The position numbers and the translations under genes are program-made. This document shows, one piece after another, positions 50,101-64,000 of a DNA stretch of 64,000 nt. Each line of letters opens with the position of its first letter. Positions within the stretch are counted from its first letter, which is position 1. Origin of the DNA: Yuukianura sp. NJ FZ-2021. Lineage: Eukaryota. The notes under the pieces were generated by a model that did not search any database, was not told the DNA's origin, and was given only the letters and a program-made list of their open reading frames with translations. The stretch covers positions 12,152,001 through 12,216,000 of the forward strand of contig CM102285.1 of NCBI GenBank assembly GCA_046563655.1. The letters run 5' to 3'.

Positions 50101-53100
50101 TTACCTACTTCCCACTTAAGACGTGTTAATATTAGCACAAAAAGTTCACACCTTACCTGGTTAAAAACGATTCAAATTCCTCTTGCTGTTCGTTAATTGA
50201 AGCTTCCAGGTCAAGGTACGGACCGTAGTCTCCATCTCGATAAATCTGCAGCGTAGCATCATCCAACTGTAAAAAAGTACAAAACAAAATGACTCTCACT
50301 TCAAAAATTTCTTCAAAATGTCATTGTCTTAAAAATATTCTGTTATAGCATTATGTAACATAATAGGAATTGTTCTGGATGACAGTTTTTTCTATTCTCC
50401 CAAGCCGAATCTGACAGCATAGTGACAACTATGAACTCCCAAAACTTCTTTATTTTTTGCTTCCGCATCTTACACACTTGACGCCCACAACAAGATGTTA
50501 AAAAATAAGAAGCTAAAAATAGATTCGGAAAAAATGGCAAGAGGGAATTCAGGTTTATAATTCCACTTCCGCAATTTCAAAGAATCTCAAATTTATGTCC
50601 TAGAGAGAGAGAGTGAATTTTGAAAACACAAGACAACTTGGCACCTAAACAACTTCATTAAAATGAGTTCAATTTGGAACCAAAGGGAGCATTACGAATC
50701 AGCAGCAAAGGAATTTCGAAATGATTCAAAAATCTCTCCTATTTCAAAATGGGATTCTTTGTCAGTTTTTTAGCTTCAAGCTGCTGCTAACTGAAGTAGT
50801 GACACCTCAATGGCCACGGGAAAAGGCTTTTAGTACTTCCAAAAAAAAATTCGGATAATACTGTTCTTGAAACAAAAAAAAAAGTTTCAAATTTTTGAGT
50901 GTCATGCTATGGACATTACCGTCCGGATGAGATTCTCTCAAAGGAAATAGCGGAAGGACAACAATGGTTTAGGTCAGAGCCTTCTCCTTCCCATTTCAAA
51001 GCTCGCTCATCTTTACGTCGATGGCAGGATTTCAATTCAAGATCAAAGAACTCGGAACTAATCATGACGAAGTCAAATGAAATCAAATGTGATCTGTGAT
51101 GAAGATGAGCCTGAGAAACAGGAGGCATAAGCGCCTGATCATCTTCATTTCAACCAAAAACTTTAGTCGACGCTTCCTTCACCACCAACCATCATCATCA
51201 ACAATCACTTTCTGAAGAAAAGATCATTGAAGCGCGTGAGAAACACAATTTGTAAAAAACTGAAGAGTACCGCTGCTCTACCGGATATCGACAGCATTTC
51301 CAGTCTACTAGCCTCTCAACGTCAAAAATCTCGACAAAAATTTAGTCGAAAACAAAAAACAACTAATTTCAAACAGTAGAATCGACTAAAACCGTTCAAC
51401 ACCGTACCGTTTTGTTACCGAAAAACAAAGAAAAAAAGTAAAAAGAAACAAACTCGAACCTTTACTTCCGAAACTATATTTCCGAAATTATATTCCTATT
51501 TCCGAAATTATTTTTTCTAAATTATATTTCCGAAATTATATTTGGAAGCTTCTTTGTCAACTGAAATTTCAAAATAGACATTGAAAAATCTAAATCTAAA
51601 AACTACAATCGAGTTTACTGCTTTTTTTAAAAAAAATTTCAACCACAGCAATTACAGAGGATGAAATTGTACTTTATTAGAAAGGGAAAGAACAGTTACA
51701 GAATTAAAAACAAAACAAAAGTTTTCTTTTAATTTCACTTCAAAAGTAATTTAAAAGTCACCTTACGAATCAACACCTTTACGCAGCTTTTTCTTTTGTT
51801 CTAGCCAAAAGTAATTGCTAGACAAAAGCCAAAGACGCAAAAAAGCAACTTGGAGTTGACGGTCTGATTAACCCTAAGAATTAGCGATGTCATTCCTCCT
51901 TCCAAGCAGCGCAAAAAAGCTATGCTTTTAAAAAGAAACGCCTTGCCCTCAAGTCCTCGCGTGATCTGTTACTTCCAAAAGGAATGCAATGCAACAGAAT
52001 TAAATATTACACTTCTAAAGTAAAAGTATACATAAAAAACGGAATTCCAAAGTATAAAACGCTTCTTCATCTCGTAATAAACAATAAAAACAATTCATTA
52101 CGAGACGAATCACGAACAACCAAACACAACGAAAGAATCGCTTCAAGTGAGAAGTGGATTACTTAACCAATTCCAATGAACAAATTTTCACACCACACTA
52201 CAAGTGCTAAAAACCACTTTTATTGATCTCTTTAACCATTATACACTTTTTTGCTGCTCTCCTTAACTTCAAATCTTTCCGACGTTGTCCATTGCTCAAA
52301 AGACGCCGAAACTCACTTCCGACCAAACCCCTTTCTCACTTTAGACAAAAAAATAACAGTTTTTGTTGAAATTAGGAAATCAATGTCGATTTCAATTTCA
52401 TTTTTGCTCAAAATTTTTTCACTTAAATGCCTACCCCTCATCAACTTAACATTTTGCATCTCTTCTGTCTTTAAGCTTTGAAGCATTTATCACCGTCCCT
52501 TAATGGTTTTCAGCAGCTTCAATTAATTGCTCAGTTTTAAGTGACTACCACCGCGGCTACACTTCAATAACTTCAATTTTTTAACTCCGCCCCTTTTTGA
52601 CTGTCGAGGGAAAATTATAACTTGACAGACCTTTTAAAACGTACAAGTAAAAGTCAGTCGCCAAAAGCCATTTCGAAATTCCTGCAATCAATTTTTTTTA
52701 GAAAAATTAAAAGCTATTTTGCACAACCGCTTTTACTGTACCTAATACGCAAGAGACGACAAGTTTTGCTGTAAAATTCCTATGATTTAAAGTGTGAAAA
52801 AAGTGCTTTTGTCCTCTTTAACGTTATGTTATTTTGAATTGTCAATCCATACGTTATTTAACATACCACACAACCAACAAAACGTCAACTTTAAAATGAA
52901 GAATTGCCCAAAAGACTTGTTCAACTGTGACATTTAATCCGTTCGACACGGTTCGAGGTCCTCGTTGAATTGCAAAAACTGCAATTCCATATCCCTTGAC
53001 ACTCACTTTTTTGGCCATACTTCATGTACTGTAAGGGTCACCTTAACAATTTAAGATTTTTTTGGCATCATCATAATAGTAGTTAGTTAAGCCAAAATTC

Positions 53101-56100
53101 ACAATAGCATGATCTGTCAAACGAGTCCGCATGAAATGTCCTCACTTTTTCCCAATTTGTCAATTGTCTCCAGTCCAACAATTACGTAACTTTTTTTTGG
53201 CACAGTCGGAGAGCCTCCCTTTCAACAACAATCAATCCAATTCATACTGGCATTGTTGAGTTGTGCAATTAATTTTGAAAGTACTTCAAAAAACTGTTAA
53301 CTGAATTCTTGGCAAGCAAGAAACTTGGCTTCCCTCTTAATGCTCTGTAAGATTCAATTTCAAAAATTTCGAAAAGAAAAATACGTCAGAAGTTAACAAA
53401 TGACAACAGAAAATGAGCAAATTGAAAACAATTAATTGTTCCAACTTTTTCTGACGTTACATGAGCTAAGCAATTTCGACCATGATGGAATGGCAATGAC
53501 AATGAACTTATCCAGCCCTGTGTATGAACATTCCATTTCCATTGTTTAGAAAAAGTAAAAGGAATTGCCGCTTTTGAAGCGTCTGAAAACGTAATGGATT
53601 TGCGTTGGAGAAGAGAAAATTCGCCAATTGTTGAGAATTATTTGGCACGACAGAGTCTGTCATCATCATTTTCATCAGTGAGTTAACTTATGACTTGGAC
53701 AAAGCACAAAGAACGTACACATTTTTGACACTTACAAAATTTGTAACAAAGAAATTGTTCAACTTACAAAATTCTTGAACAAACTTCCGAGAGTCCAGAT
53801 TTTCACAAATTGTTTCTCATCTGTCTTGATCTTTCAAATAACACACAAACTATTTCTCAATTCCAACCTCTTCTATGAGGGAATGAACTTGAGCAAAATT
53901 CAGTAAACTTAACTGCTTAAAGCTTACAACAATTCTAGCAAAAGACTAATTGAAGACGATTAATCAAAGTGGACAAGGCAGAGATTAAAGGGCTCCTTGG
54001 CATGTTCAGAGACTTTTCGGATTTGTAAAGTTAATAAAGTATAGCATGATTTTTATAAAAAGTGAAAAATGAAAATGAACTTTTCATTTTGTTGAAAAGA
54101 GAAAATAAATGGAAAAATGTCATCTCCAATTTCTCAATCTCGTTTGATCTCCAAAGGTCAAGAATTTCCCCTCCCCTTCAACTTGTCTTTGCTACAAATT
54201 AATAAACCAATCTTCTTGTTTCATTTTTTTTTCGAAAATTCGAAATCCAACTTTTGGAAAAAAAAAGTTGCAAAGCAAAGCCCGTCATAAATATTTCAAA
54301 ATTTCGCATCTTATCCTACCTCTAATAACCAAAGTTTCGTTGTGTGATGAGGTAGAGATTGAGAAAGCTGAAGGTTCACAATTTAAAATTGAAGAATGTT
54401 TTTTTTTTCAAAATTCTTCCAAATTTTTAATTTTAAAAAGTTTTAAAATTTTAGCTTCAAACCAGATACATCGCTTATTTTCATAATGACACTGAGCGAC
54501 TTAGATAAAAACATCACGAGAAAATTTCAAAATTGAAAGTGAAATTTTCCAATTTTGCGTGAGAAAGTTGAACAAAATGTTTTGAAAAATGGAAAATAGA
54601 GGAGGGGGAACTGTGCTAAAACTTTTTATATCAAATTTCCTCATGTCATCATCTTCAGTTAAGCATAGGTAGGGTTTTAAATTTGTTCTGTCGCATGTTC
54701 TACTAAATAGACAGCACAGAGTAGTAGTTATTTCCTCCGTTAGAATACGAAGATGTTCTTGTAAATTTAGGTTAATTGATGAAATTGGTACTAAACGTAA
54801 ATGATCAGTTGGAGATTAGTCAAAGTAATTTCCAAGTTTCCGTTTCACTTTCATCCATAACATACCAAGCCACACAAATGAAAATCATCTTCAAATTCAA
54901 TTAAACTTTCCTTTCAAACGCCACACACTTTCTGATTGACTTAGTTTTTCATTTTCCACATCAGCACAAGATCAGGTTAAATTGAACAAAGCTTTTCAAA
55001 GAAAAACAGACAGAGAAAAAGAAACTTTCTTATTGTTTTGCTCATCTCCGACTGTGATGAATTTTACAAAACAAAAGATAGGCAAGAAGATCATTTACTT
55101 TCTGTCAATTCAAAACCGAAACGAAACATCTAAAGCATTTAAAAAGAAATGTCTAAATCCATGTCCTGTCAAGGTGTTTTAACTGCATTAACTCATCAAA
55201 AACTCCGTTTCAATTTCAAATTCTTAACTTTTTCAACCATTTTTTGAAAGTTTCAAAAATCTAGTCCACCAGGAACGTGCCTGTAATCGATAAATTTGAA
55301 GCATTTCTTTTAAGCTTTCTTCGTGCATGACAACTCCATTTTCCTGAGAGACCAATTTGTGATTGTCACTGGACTCGGATATTAATTTCTCTTGTTTGAA
55401 ACCTTCACGTTTACCGTCCATCTTGTTCCGTACAAAAACCATAAAAAAATTGAGAGCGGCCCTTGAAACTTTACTTTTTGGCCCCTCAAGCGACAGTATT
55501 TTCCAATGTAACAAATTGCATCTGTAGCACTCATCTGTGCCTGTTTCTTTTTAGATTTGGATTTTAGAGTCAAAGATCCACCGACAGATGATCTCTTTAC
55601 CAATCTGATAAAAAGTCTAATGAATCCTATTCACTTCTCCATGAATTATCTCCGACTTCTTTCAAATGACCTGACATCTAAGCACACCTTAGTAGACGGC
55701 TCCATGCCATTGCATCGAATAGAAATGTTTCGAATTGAATTGTTTCGAAATGCTCATTTCTCTATCTAAACCTAAATTATTGTTAATGTAACGTAAAATA
55801 ACCTAACTAATCTAAACTAGCCTAATCTAATACAAATTCCCATAAATTCTTACACCCTAAACAATTTGCGTTTCAAAACAATTCGAATCTGAAATTTTTT
55901 TTTCGAAACAATGGTGTACTCCCCCAAACAGCATCTCTTCTGAGTTTTGTTTACATCGCCAAAAGTAGTGCAATTTGGTCAAAATCAAAAACGTAATTCA
56001 AAATAAGGCTAACAAAAATCCAATTGGTATGTGCCAATCTGGAGAGAGTCGATTTCTAAAGTGGTTCATTATCGCCTTCTGTCCAAAATGACAATAGAAC

Positions 56101-59100
56101 TAAAAATGGATGTGCAAAAAATACAGATAACGCCGATTAGTACTTGGCAACAACCAATTTTTTTTCGAATTGATTGTTGCCAATTTCAAAAAAATTCAAA
56201 TTCTGTTTTCTATACTTAAAACGGAAATTCCTCGTTGACCTAGATCGGAAATTAATGTTGTCAATTTACCAAAATCTCAACAATTCTTAAATTTGAAGTT
56301 CAAAAGGTTACGTAATGAAATTCAATCCATCATTTTCCGGAATAAGAATAACAACCTCAATTTCAAATTCGTGACTTTTGATCACTACTTTTTCACAGGA
56401 AACAAAATTCAAACGCAAAGTTAGTGCAATAATATCCTCTCTAATACAATTCTCGATTAGCTTCAAGTATCATCCCCTGTCTCGTTTTTCTTTTTTCCCT
56501 TCAAAATCTGATCTTTACAGATCATCACAATTCATTACCGTAATAAAATGGGTAAAACAAAAGTCAAAATCATGCGAAAATATTTCAAAAGTTGGATCAT
56601 TCTTCTTCCTTATGATCGGCTTCTCTTATCCACAACTTCCATCAAAATCTGTTACTTTTTTAAAAGAAACTTCACGATTTGAAATACTTTTTCCCCTCTT
56701 CTGTTCTAAAACGCCAACAATAAGTGCCAACATCCTCATGAAACCATAAAGTTTTAAAGTTCTCAAAAAACTCAACTTTGGTTCATTTCCTTCCTTTTTG
56801 TTTTCATTTATCACTTTAGGATTTAAAAAATTAAAGTCATGAGTCATGACGTGACTCTTTGGTTCTACTTTGGAGTGAGAAGATGGACACTTAGCACTTA
56901 ACACTCTCCTGCCATACCCACTTGACATGCCTTGGACTTTTAATAAAAACCATTCACACTTCTCACAAAAGTTCACCATTAGTCTCAATTTTCCAAAATT
57001 ACAAATTAAACTATTATAACTTGGTTCATCAGAGTGTTAATTTTAAATAAAAAGTTTTAATTTAAAAAAAATTATACTTGTATTAAAATTAAATTGCATC
57101 GCTCATCATTTTGCAACGACGTACGTTTCATTCTAACCAGAGCAAGAGGATGTTGGTTTGAAGCGGTAGCACTTGGTGGTGGTTTGACCATCAAAGTGAA
57201 TCAGAGCAGTGACTAAATTTCCTAAATTAGAATTGCAATTTACGATTGACCTTTGGATGACATAAATTCGCAAGGAAAAAATATAACTTCGGTCAAATCC
57301 TGATTTTGAAATTGAAACGGTAAACAACGCCAACAGTAGTATTAGGTACTTCTTGCATAAAGCTTTTCTTTAGGCTGGTAAACGTCAATGTACAACTTTT
57401 CACTATTGAAGAATCGGATTGTCTCACTTGAAAAAAGTTCAACTGGCGTTCAAGTTTTTGACTTCATGACTGGAGACTTGTAGGAGATGTTCAGAGACTG
57501 TTTTTGCCTAATCATACGAGTATGAAAACAATAATTATTCGGATTCTGGACCCTGGGCAGAGGGTGGATCCCTTATGCATATTCCTATTTGATCTCAGTC
57601 TTTTCTTTCATTTCCTTTTCAAGTCCAAAGCTACTTCAAAACCTTTTCACACCTCAGTAAGTAGGAAGAGCCTCAGAACATGGCAAGCCAAGGGCTCTCC
57701 CTGCTCAGCAGTGCATCAAGTACTGGACTTAGCACTGGAACAATGAAGAAATGAAAGGGAAATGATCCCACTTCAAATCATCTTCTTCTCATCCTGCACA
57801 TAATTGATACGTGTGTGTGGATAAGCAGTTAACAAAACCAAAAGCACCTGGAACCATATCCAAGGACGCACTTTCTACTGAAGTGACCATAAACATTTGA
57901 TCTACAACAAAACCATCAACAGTAATGCCCTAAAAATACAAATTATTAACAGCAATACCATAAAAACACAAGAATCAACACGGTAATGCAAATGCAAAAC
58001 TAAAAGCCCAACAAACATAAAGCTGAATTTTTAAGCTCCACTCGAAACTATAGATTTGTATTGGTGCTGCAGGCTTGTTTTAAAATTAAAATAGTTACAG
58101 ATGTGTTATTTGCACGGGGTTAATTAGAAGATTTATTTTTAGATGTATCCTTTGATTTGTTTTCAACAAGTTGTTGAACTTTTGATTTTGATCTTTTTAA
58201 AAGCGCTGCTGAACCCTACACTAAAAAGTCCCTGCCAAAGAAATGGAGGTAGACATCCTGTTTAAAAAATAAAATTTAACCCCCATGAAATTGCAGCAAT
58301 TCATTAGCAAGACTCACTCCAGGGCTCATCCAACCGAAGATTTTTTTTTCAATTTTGAACAAAGGACAAACTAAAAAAAACTTGAAAAGCAAACTAAACA
58401 GCACAACTAGAAACCGTCGCTTCAAAAGTTCAAACTTCGAAATTTTGAAAGTCGTGCTCCGAAAACTACAAAATTAAAGTTTCGTACAACATTCATGCCA
58501 TTTTTAAAATGCTCCGATTTACCCGACATACTTGATTGTTTCTCACGAAAGTTCGTTCGTTAGCATTGTTTCACCGAAATCAAAAACTAGAAAAGTTGAG
58601 GCAGGAATTGAATGAATTTTCAAAAACCGGTCGTGGTACTTTTTTTAGATTTCCAAAAAGGAAACGTTTTACACTTTTTTTTTTCAAAAAAGGGCCCTCA
58701 CTAGGCAGCTGTCATGTAATTTTCTTGACTTGTTGAAAAGTCCTTTGCCCCCTAAAGTCAAAGTCAAACTTCACATCCTGTGCAGTGCACTAAAACTTAG
58801 GATATTTTTAAAAGTGATTCTCAACCTAAGAACAGTTGAAGCACCGTTTCGTCTTTCCAGGTTGTTCATGTTCTTTTTTCTTTTCGAAAAGTCATGGTCT
58901 CCTGTTCCATTGTTCAAAAAATGAATTGTGTCATGTCTCTTTTTTCTTGATGATACAAATTAAATCACAAACTGTACGTCTAAAAGTGTACGGAACTTGA
59001 AAACCCATTGTTAGAACACCCTAGTTCTCAAATTTTAAGAGACTCTAAAAACAATTCCTTGTTTTACAAAAATTATAGTTTTCAAAAAACACCGTCAACT

Positions 59101-60582
59101 TTTCAAAAATGTACTTTTTAGAAACAAACGACCGCATCAATTCAAGTCCTCGAGCGTAACAAAACCGTTAACTTTACTAGTATTTTGTCGTAAGTCGTGT
59201 GTGGGTGAAAGATGAGAAGAAAAGAAGAATTTAAAAGAAAAAGAAGAAGAACTTCTTTTATTTTTGCAATAATCGCCAAATTGTGGGGCCCATTAAAGTG
59301 ACGGTGCAAATAAATTTGCAAATAAGGGCAAAAACATTTTTCTGCCAATTTTGACCGTCTCCTCTTTAAATCTTAACACCTTAAGTTCATTTTCATAAAC
59401 AAAATTTAACAAGTTATGAGAGTCCGAGTACCTTAACAAGTCAAAAAAAATCTCGAAATGCAACATTTTTAATATCAAAAATTCATTTTTTTCTGAAGTC
59501 ATCCTAAATTTTCTCAACTACCAAAAAATCTTGTTTTGCAGTTGTGCTTCTTTACTCTAGTTAATTGTAAAATTCAACTTCACAATAACATACTCTACAA
59601 CACAAACTTTTTTCCTCCTTCAACTTTTGTTTGTCTGAAGTTTTGAACTTTGCCAGAAAAATCGTAACAACTTTGGACTACTCGTAAACTTCCAACAAAA
59701 ATTGGTGAAGAAAAAGAAGGTGAGCAAGGTGAGAAGCTTGTAGCAGCGTCCTATTTTGCCAAAAAATTGCATTATTATTGTTGTTTATTCCCATTGTTAA
59801 TTTATTTGTTGCGAAAAAGGACCCTACAATCGGCTGCTGGTGCAAGTAAAACTCAAAACTCGACCTGCCCTGGCCCTAACGCACACAACAATTTTTTTAG
59901 CAGCTTCTTCTTTTGGTTTGTAAACTTCCCAAGTTTTATGACCTTTTGCTATTGCTAATTTCCTGTTTTTAGGCCATTTCCTATCGACTTTTGACCTTTT
60001 TGTTATTTTGAAACTACCCGAATAACAAGAACATTGCGAAGCCCTTAACCAATTCTTAGAAAACTTTTCCATTTTCAATGGAATTTTCAAAAACTTGAGT
60101 CATAAAAAGGGCAACATTTTCGAAAACCCGGTTCCATTGATTTTGCTTTTGACAAAAAAAAATCAATACGCAAGAAAACACCCCCAAAAACTAACATTTG
60201 ACATTTTCAATTTCTACCTAAACATTGTCACATTCGCGTGCGTCAGCGTTTTAGACACAAAAACGACACATAGTAGTTAAAGTGACAAAAAGATTTGGAC
60301 TTTGATAAGAAAAGTGCAAAATTACGAAGATTAGATTATGTATGAGCAAAAAAGAATGGCAAAAAATGAAAAAAACAATTGAGATCAGTGTCTCACCTTA
60401 TGTGGAGCACCCAGTATGCGATGAATTGATGCAATTTGATTAATCAGTGGAAGATGAATATTGAAAGTGTAAGTAGGAGCTCTTGGTGGTTCTGGAAATA
60501 GTGATGTACATGCAAACGGATCCACATCATTTAGGAATTGAATCCGACACGTAAAAGAATCCATTTCAGTCACTTTTACCAT
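32185..60582 (-). CDS. FHOD: FHOD/Fhos-family formin (GBD/FH3-FH1-FH2-DAD), ~1294 aa, 19 coding exons
   Basis: Exons 60582-60397, 50266-50157, 42333-42275, 40709-40642, 39932-39827, 39286-39080, 38871-38694, 37166-37047, 36956-36634, 36552-35468, 34668-34510, 34423-34358, 34284-34168, 34092-33838, 33765-33623, 33552-33478, 33352-33160, 33072-32742 and 32288-32185 total 3885 nt in frame. Motifs: [35 protein letters not shown], poly-Pro FH1, [34 protein letters not shown] and the DAD region EILESLV...RERKR...RKSLRRTL. Confidence 0.95.
44449..44657 (-). CDS. Candidate alternative first coding exon of FHOD containing an SxIP motif
   Basis: ATG-initiated 209-nt open frame ending AAAAT|GTAAGC (phase 2), in frame with the next downstream exon at 42333. 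It is a GC-richer island in an AT-rich intron. Confidence 0.55.
51465..51545. repeat. Short minisatellite, ~14-15 bp unit (TATTTCCGAAATTA-like), ~5 degenerate copies
   Basis: Repeats of ttccgaaa(c/t)tat are directly visible in an FHOD intron. Confidence 0.75.
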
Positions 60583-62040
60583 TGTTCTTTCCGTTTTTCA
60601 AAAAATGTTACGATTCAAAACTGGTTACAAAAATTTTCAAATTTCGTCACTCCGTTCAACTATCATTGTTCAGTTCACACTACCAATCCATTTGGACATA
60701 TTCTGCAACATTTTCGAAATTTGACGTTTTAATAAATTTTGATTTACAAACTGAGAAAATCGGGGAACAAGAGCAGGAAATGCGTAACAAATTTTAACAA
60801 AAAATTAAGATCAATTCAGATTTAAATTTTCCTAATCCAGATCCAATTAATTCCAGAACACGTTTTCGCTCTTCTCCTTTAACACTGAAAATCTCCAACT
60901 GCAGCTCCAAATTTCTTCAAAATTTTCAAAATTTGACCAATTTTAGTCCACGCACGTCCAGTTCCAAAACCAAACTCCCAAACTTTATCCCTGGCACAAA
61001 TCCATGGTCACTCCAAAAACGTTTTTGTTTTCAAGGGCTCTAATCAGTTGCCCTTTGAACTCTAAAACGAAACTAGATCGTCCCTTTAGTACTGCCACGT
61101 AATTGTCCAAGAATTTTGTTTTGCAAAAGTGATTTAGGATGAGCTATTGTCACTTGGCCTCCCAACACACTACTGAAGCCTCTCTTAGCAGAAGTGGATT
61201 GGACTCGACTCAAAACAAAACTGAAATCGAGAACTCTACACACAAGAGTCCATTCAGACTCACACAGACAGACGTTAGTCTCCTTCCCTTTGAACAATTC
61301 TTGGCTTCGGATTCATCCGAAACAAACGACCCAGGACACACCGCTAACAACGTTTCAAAAAATCTATTTCCGTACTGACGAACTCGAACTGACAGTTGAC
61401 AATGGACAACAGGAAAAGAAAAACGAAAGGGTTCAAAGGAATTTCGAAATTCTAAAAAAGAAAAACATTTTCTAAAAACAAAACTAATTGTAGTTTGGGT
61501 TCACTTCCATTTGAAATGCTTCCAAAATCTTCCTCGGTTCTGAAAAAAAAACCTGGACGGTAGATCAAATAGTTGATTAGATGCCTTATGAACATAAATC
61601 CAAAAAATTCGTCAATTTTTAAAATTTTGAAAACTTCAAAATACGGCAGCATAATTTTCAAAAACATAATGACCCTATGATGAAAGCGCTTTACATGCTG
61701 TTGACCTCACTTCAAAAAAAAGACGGAAACCAGAAACTCAAAAGCAAAACTGGGTCAGTTTCTAAGATTTCCTTTTTGCAACAGACAAAAACTGCCAAAA
61801 ACTTTATGAAAGAACCTACTGTCTAAAAACCGTAAAAAACCGACTTCGAATTTAGTATTTTTAGAACTCTCTTTTTGTTCTTTTTTTAAAAAGTACAAAG
61901 TGTCTGATTCCAGACTGGGAAAACAAAAGGGCTCTTCAGAAGAGGGACACTTAACCACTTCCCTTCTTATATTTTAAGGGCCCATTTACACTGAATAATT
62001 TTCCAGAAGAGGAATAAAACCATGTAGGGACTTATTTCTA

Positions 62041-62127
62041 CCGTAAATTTCCAAATAGTACACACCAATCCCCAATAATACACTGGTGTATCATTTAAAA
62101 ATAGGTGTACTATGTGGAAATCTACGG
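62041..62127. mobile_element. 87-bp MITE with CCGTA termini and TA target-site duplication (Tc2/pogo-like Tc1-mariner derivative)
   Basis: TA|CCGTAAATTTCCAAATAGTACAC ... GTGTACTATGTGGAAATCTACGG|TA: ~23-bp TIRs with 2 mismatches, flanked by TA on both sides. Confidence 0.7.
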
Positions 62128-63114
62128 TAATGCCTGACTAACTGCTGTGCAGAGGATCCCTTAACAATATGGAATTAAATAGCCCCAAGGGTCAACAGTC
62201 AATTCACAAAAAAAGTACTTTGAGAAAAGCACCAAAGCATAAGAAGAATAGTTCACTCTTCTTTTAAAAATTCAAACACAGTTTGAACATCCCAAGATTT
62301 ATGGTACAACCTTGAAGCTAAATTTAAAAAATTCAAATTCAAAACAAGCAAACCCTCTTTGCTTGTTCAATTTAGAAAAGGAAGTTGTGGCTTAATGAAT
62401 CCTCTAGCCGCATGTTATTGTTCAATTATTTTCTAAAAACAGGAACCGAACAACCATGTAAATTTCATTTAAAAAAATTTTCCTTAAAAAAACCCTTAAA
62501 ACAAAACTGACAGCACGGTACTTTTCGTTTCTAAAAATGAATCCCTTGGAATTGAAAAATTAGACCACCAACACTGTATTATTCTCCGTGTTTTAAAATT
62601 TTTCGAAATTTTCTTTTCAAAAAATGAAAATTGATATCTACCTCCCTAAAATATCCCACACGAACAGTACACCAATTAGTCTAAATCAATCTCCCACGTC
62701 AGTTTGAAAAGCCAAGGCTTCAACCCTCAAAAATTCTCGCTTCTCCCTTCAACGTTCTTGAAATTTTCCCTTGAAAAATGTTAGAATTTTTTGAAATCTG
62801 AAGTTATTTCGAAGGATTAATCTCCCGCAAAAACCACAATAAACTCAGATTTTGAACATAACTTTTGCCAAAATGCGTTTCCGGTAGCCTAAACTTGAAT
62901 TGTTTGACTAATGCTGTCTAATGCCTTCTTTTCCTCCCACGAGCACCACAGGATAGTTGGCATTTTTGCAAAAAGTAATTTTGGCTAATTGGTCTCTACG
63001 CATTACCATTTGTTTAGATTCTGACAGTGTTTAGAGTAGGGATTTAAACAGTTTCCACTGTCGGAAGAACTTCATAAAGCAAAAGGTTTATGAAAATTGA
63101 AAAGATTTGCTTAC

Positions 63115-63256
63115 CGTAGTAAGTGCACTTGAAATTCCAGAAGAACACGGAAGAGACTTCGCAGCAGTAGAAGAGGCTGCCGTAGTATTATTGGCAGTCG
63201 AAGTACCAGGCCCTTCGTTTCTCTCAAGATTTATGGGCTCTTGCGGCAGTGAAAGG
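63115..63256 (-). other. Candidate upstream exon (5' UTR or alternative coding) probably belonging to the FHOD locus
   Basis: A pyrimidine-rich acceptor (TTTTCCCGCAG|) and a strong donor (ACG|GTAAGC) flank a GC-richer 142-nt block with an open Ser/Thr/Ala-rich frame. Confidence 0.45.
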
Positions 63257-64000
63257 CTGCGGGAAAACAAACCAAATCATTACATTTTCTTTAATTTCCT
63301 CTCTTTTCTTTGTGGAAATTCACTTCCTTTCAGTAAAATCAAGTCATTTTTCTACAGATCAGCCATAATTGCATTAATGTATCAAAATTGTGTTTTCAAA
63401 AATAAATCGAAATAAAAATACTAAAAAAGCCTAAAAAAGTACACAAAAACCTGTCAATCACTTGCCTCACCAAACAGAACTGCAAATGTAATTCGTAAAT
63501 ACCAGGCAATCTTTGAGAAAAAATTCAACCGGCGTCAAACTAAGCTTTTGTGGCTAAAACTGAAAAATTACAAACTAAAATAATTCTGTTTGTGAAAATT
63601 CACCGCTTTTAGCAATTTATAGTAAACTTTTTTTTCTACAGCTTTTGGCCTACTTGGTCAATATAAGAATAAGAATTTTCATTAATCAAATTTTGAAGCA
63701 CAGCTTCCCAAACCTCCCACTCCCACTTCATATTGTAACTGTATTTTCCTGAATTCATAAATGGGAGGGAGAAATTTCAAAAAAGGTCAACTGGCGTCTT
63801 ACTATAAAATCACTTTTTCAAAAAAAAATCAAAATTACGAAAATACAGTACATGGAACTAAACTTTAGGACGAAGAAACAAAGTTTTTAGACGCGCGTGG
63901 GAGTGAAAAATTCTTGATTTTCTTTAGTATTCGAAATGCAGTAGCTCATAAAATTTATGATTTGTGAGAAAGGTGACGATTTGTTTATTTTTACAAATAA

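Noticed and set aside
50916..51128. Alternative FHOD first exon (MPPVSQAHL...)
   Set aside because: Its donor is phase 2 but the next exon (50266) needs phase 0, and the phase-0 frame is closed. It would work only by skipping an exon, so support is too weak.
45000..60300. Nested protein-coding genes in the large FHOD introns
   Set aside because: Only short low-complexity ORFs were found, with no multi-exon structure or recognisable domain. A small nested gene cannot be fully excluded by eye.

Overview
This is AT-rich eukaryotic genomic DNA with many short (~55-130 nt) GT-AG introns. The proteins look arthropod/hexapod-like; the taxon is my inference and is not determined. The first ~30 kb is gene-dense. 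It holds an ER FKBP (FKBP14/7-like, ending HDEL), an NDRG-family gene with several alternative 5' exons, a spliced THAP + Harbinger/ISL2EU-type transposase-derived gene whose catalytic triad appears broken, V-ATPase subunit a, a short TSG101-like gene, RpL29 and an Angel-family EEP phosphatase. Two inverted copies of a foldback/MITE-like repeat with ~388-bp internal tandem units bracket the RpL29-angel pair. The remaining ~32 kb is one FHOD/Fhos formin gene on the minus strand (19 coding exons) with large 5' introns. These carry candidate alternative first exons (one with an SxIP motif) and a candidate 3-nt microexon; a tiny Tc2/pogo-type MITE lies upstream of the first coding exon. The best candidate for undescribed biology is the apparently domesticated, catalytically dead THAP-DDE gene, which sits head-to-head with the V-ATPase gene. 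All exon models were built by hand from splice signals, frame continuity and recalled family motifs. No database search was run.
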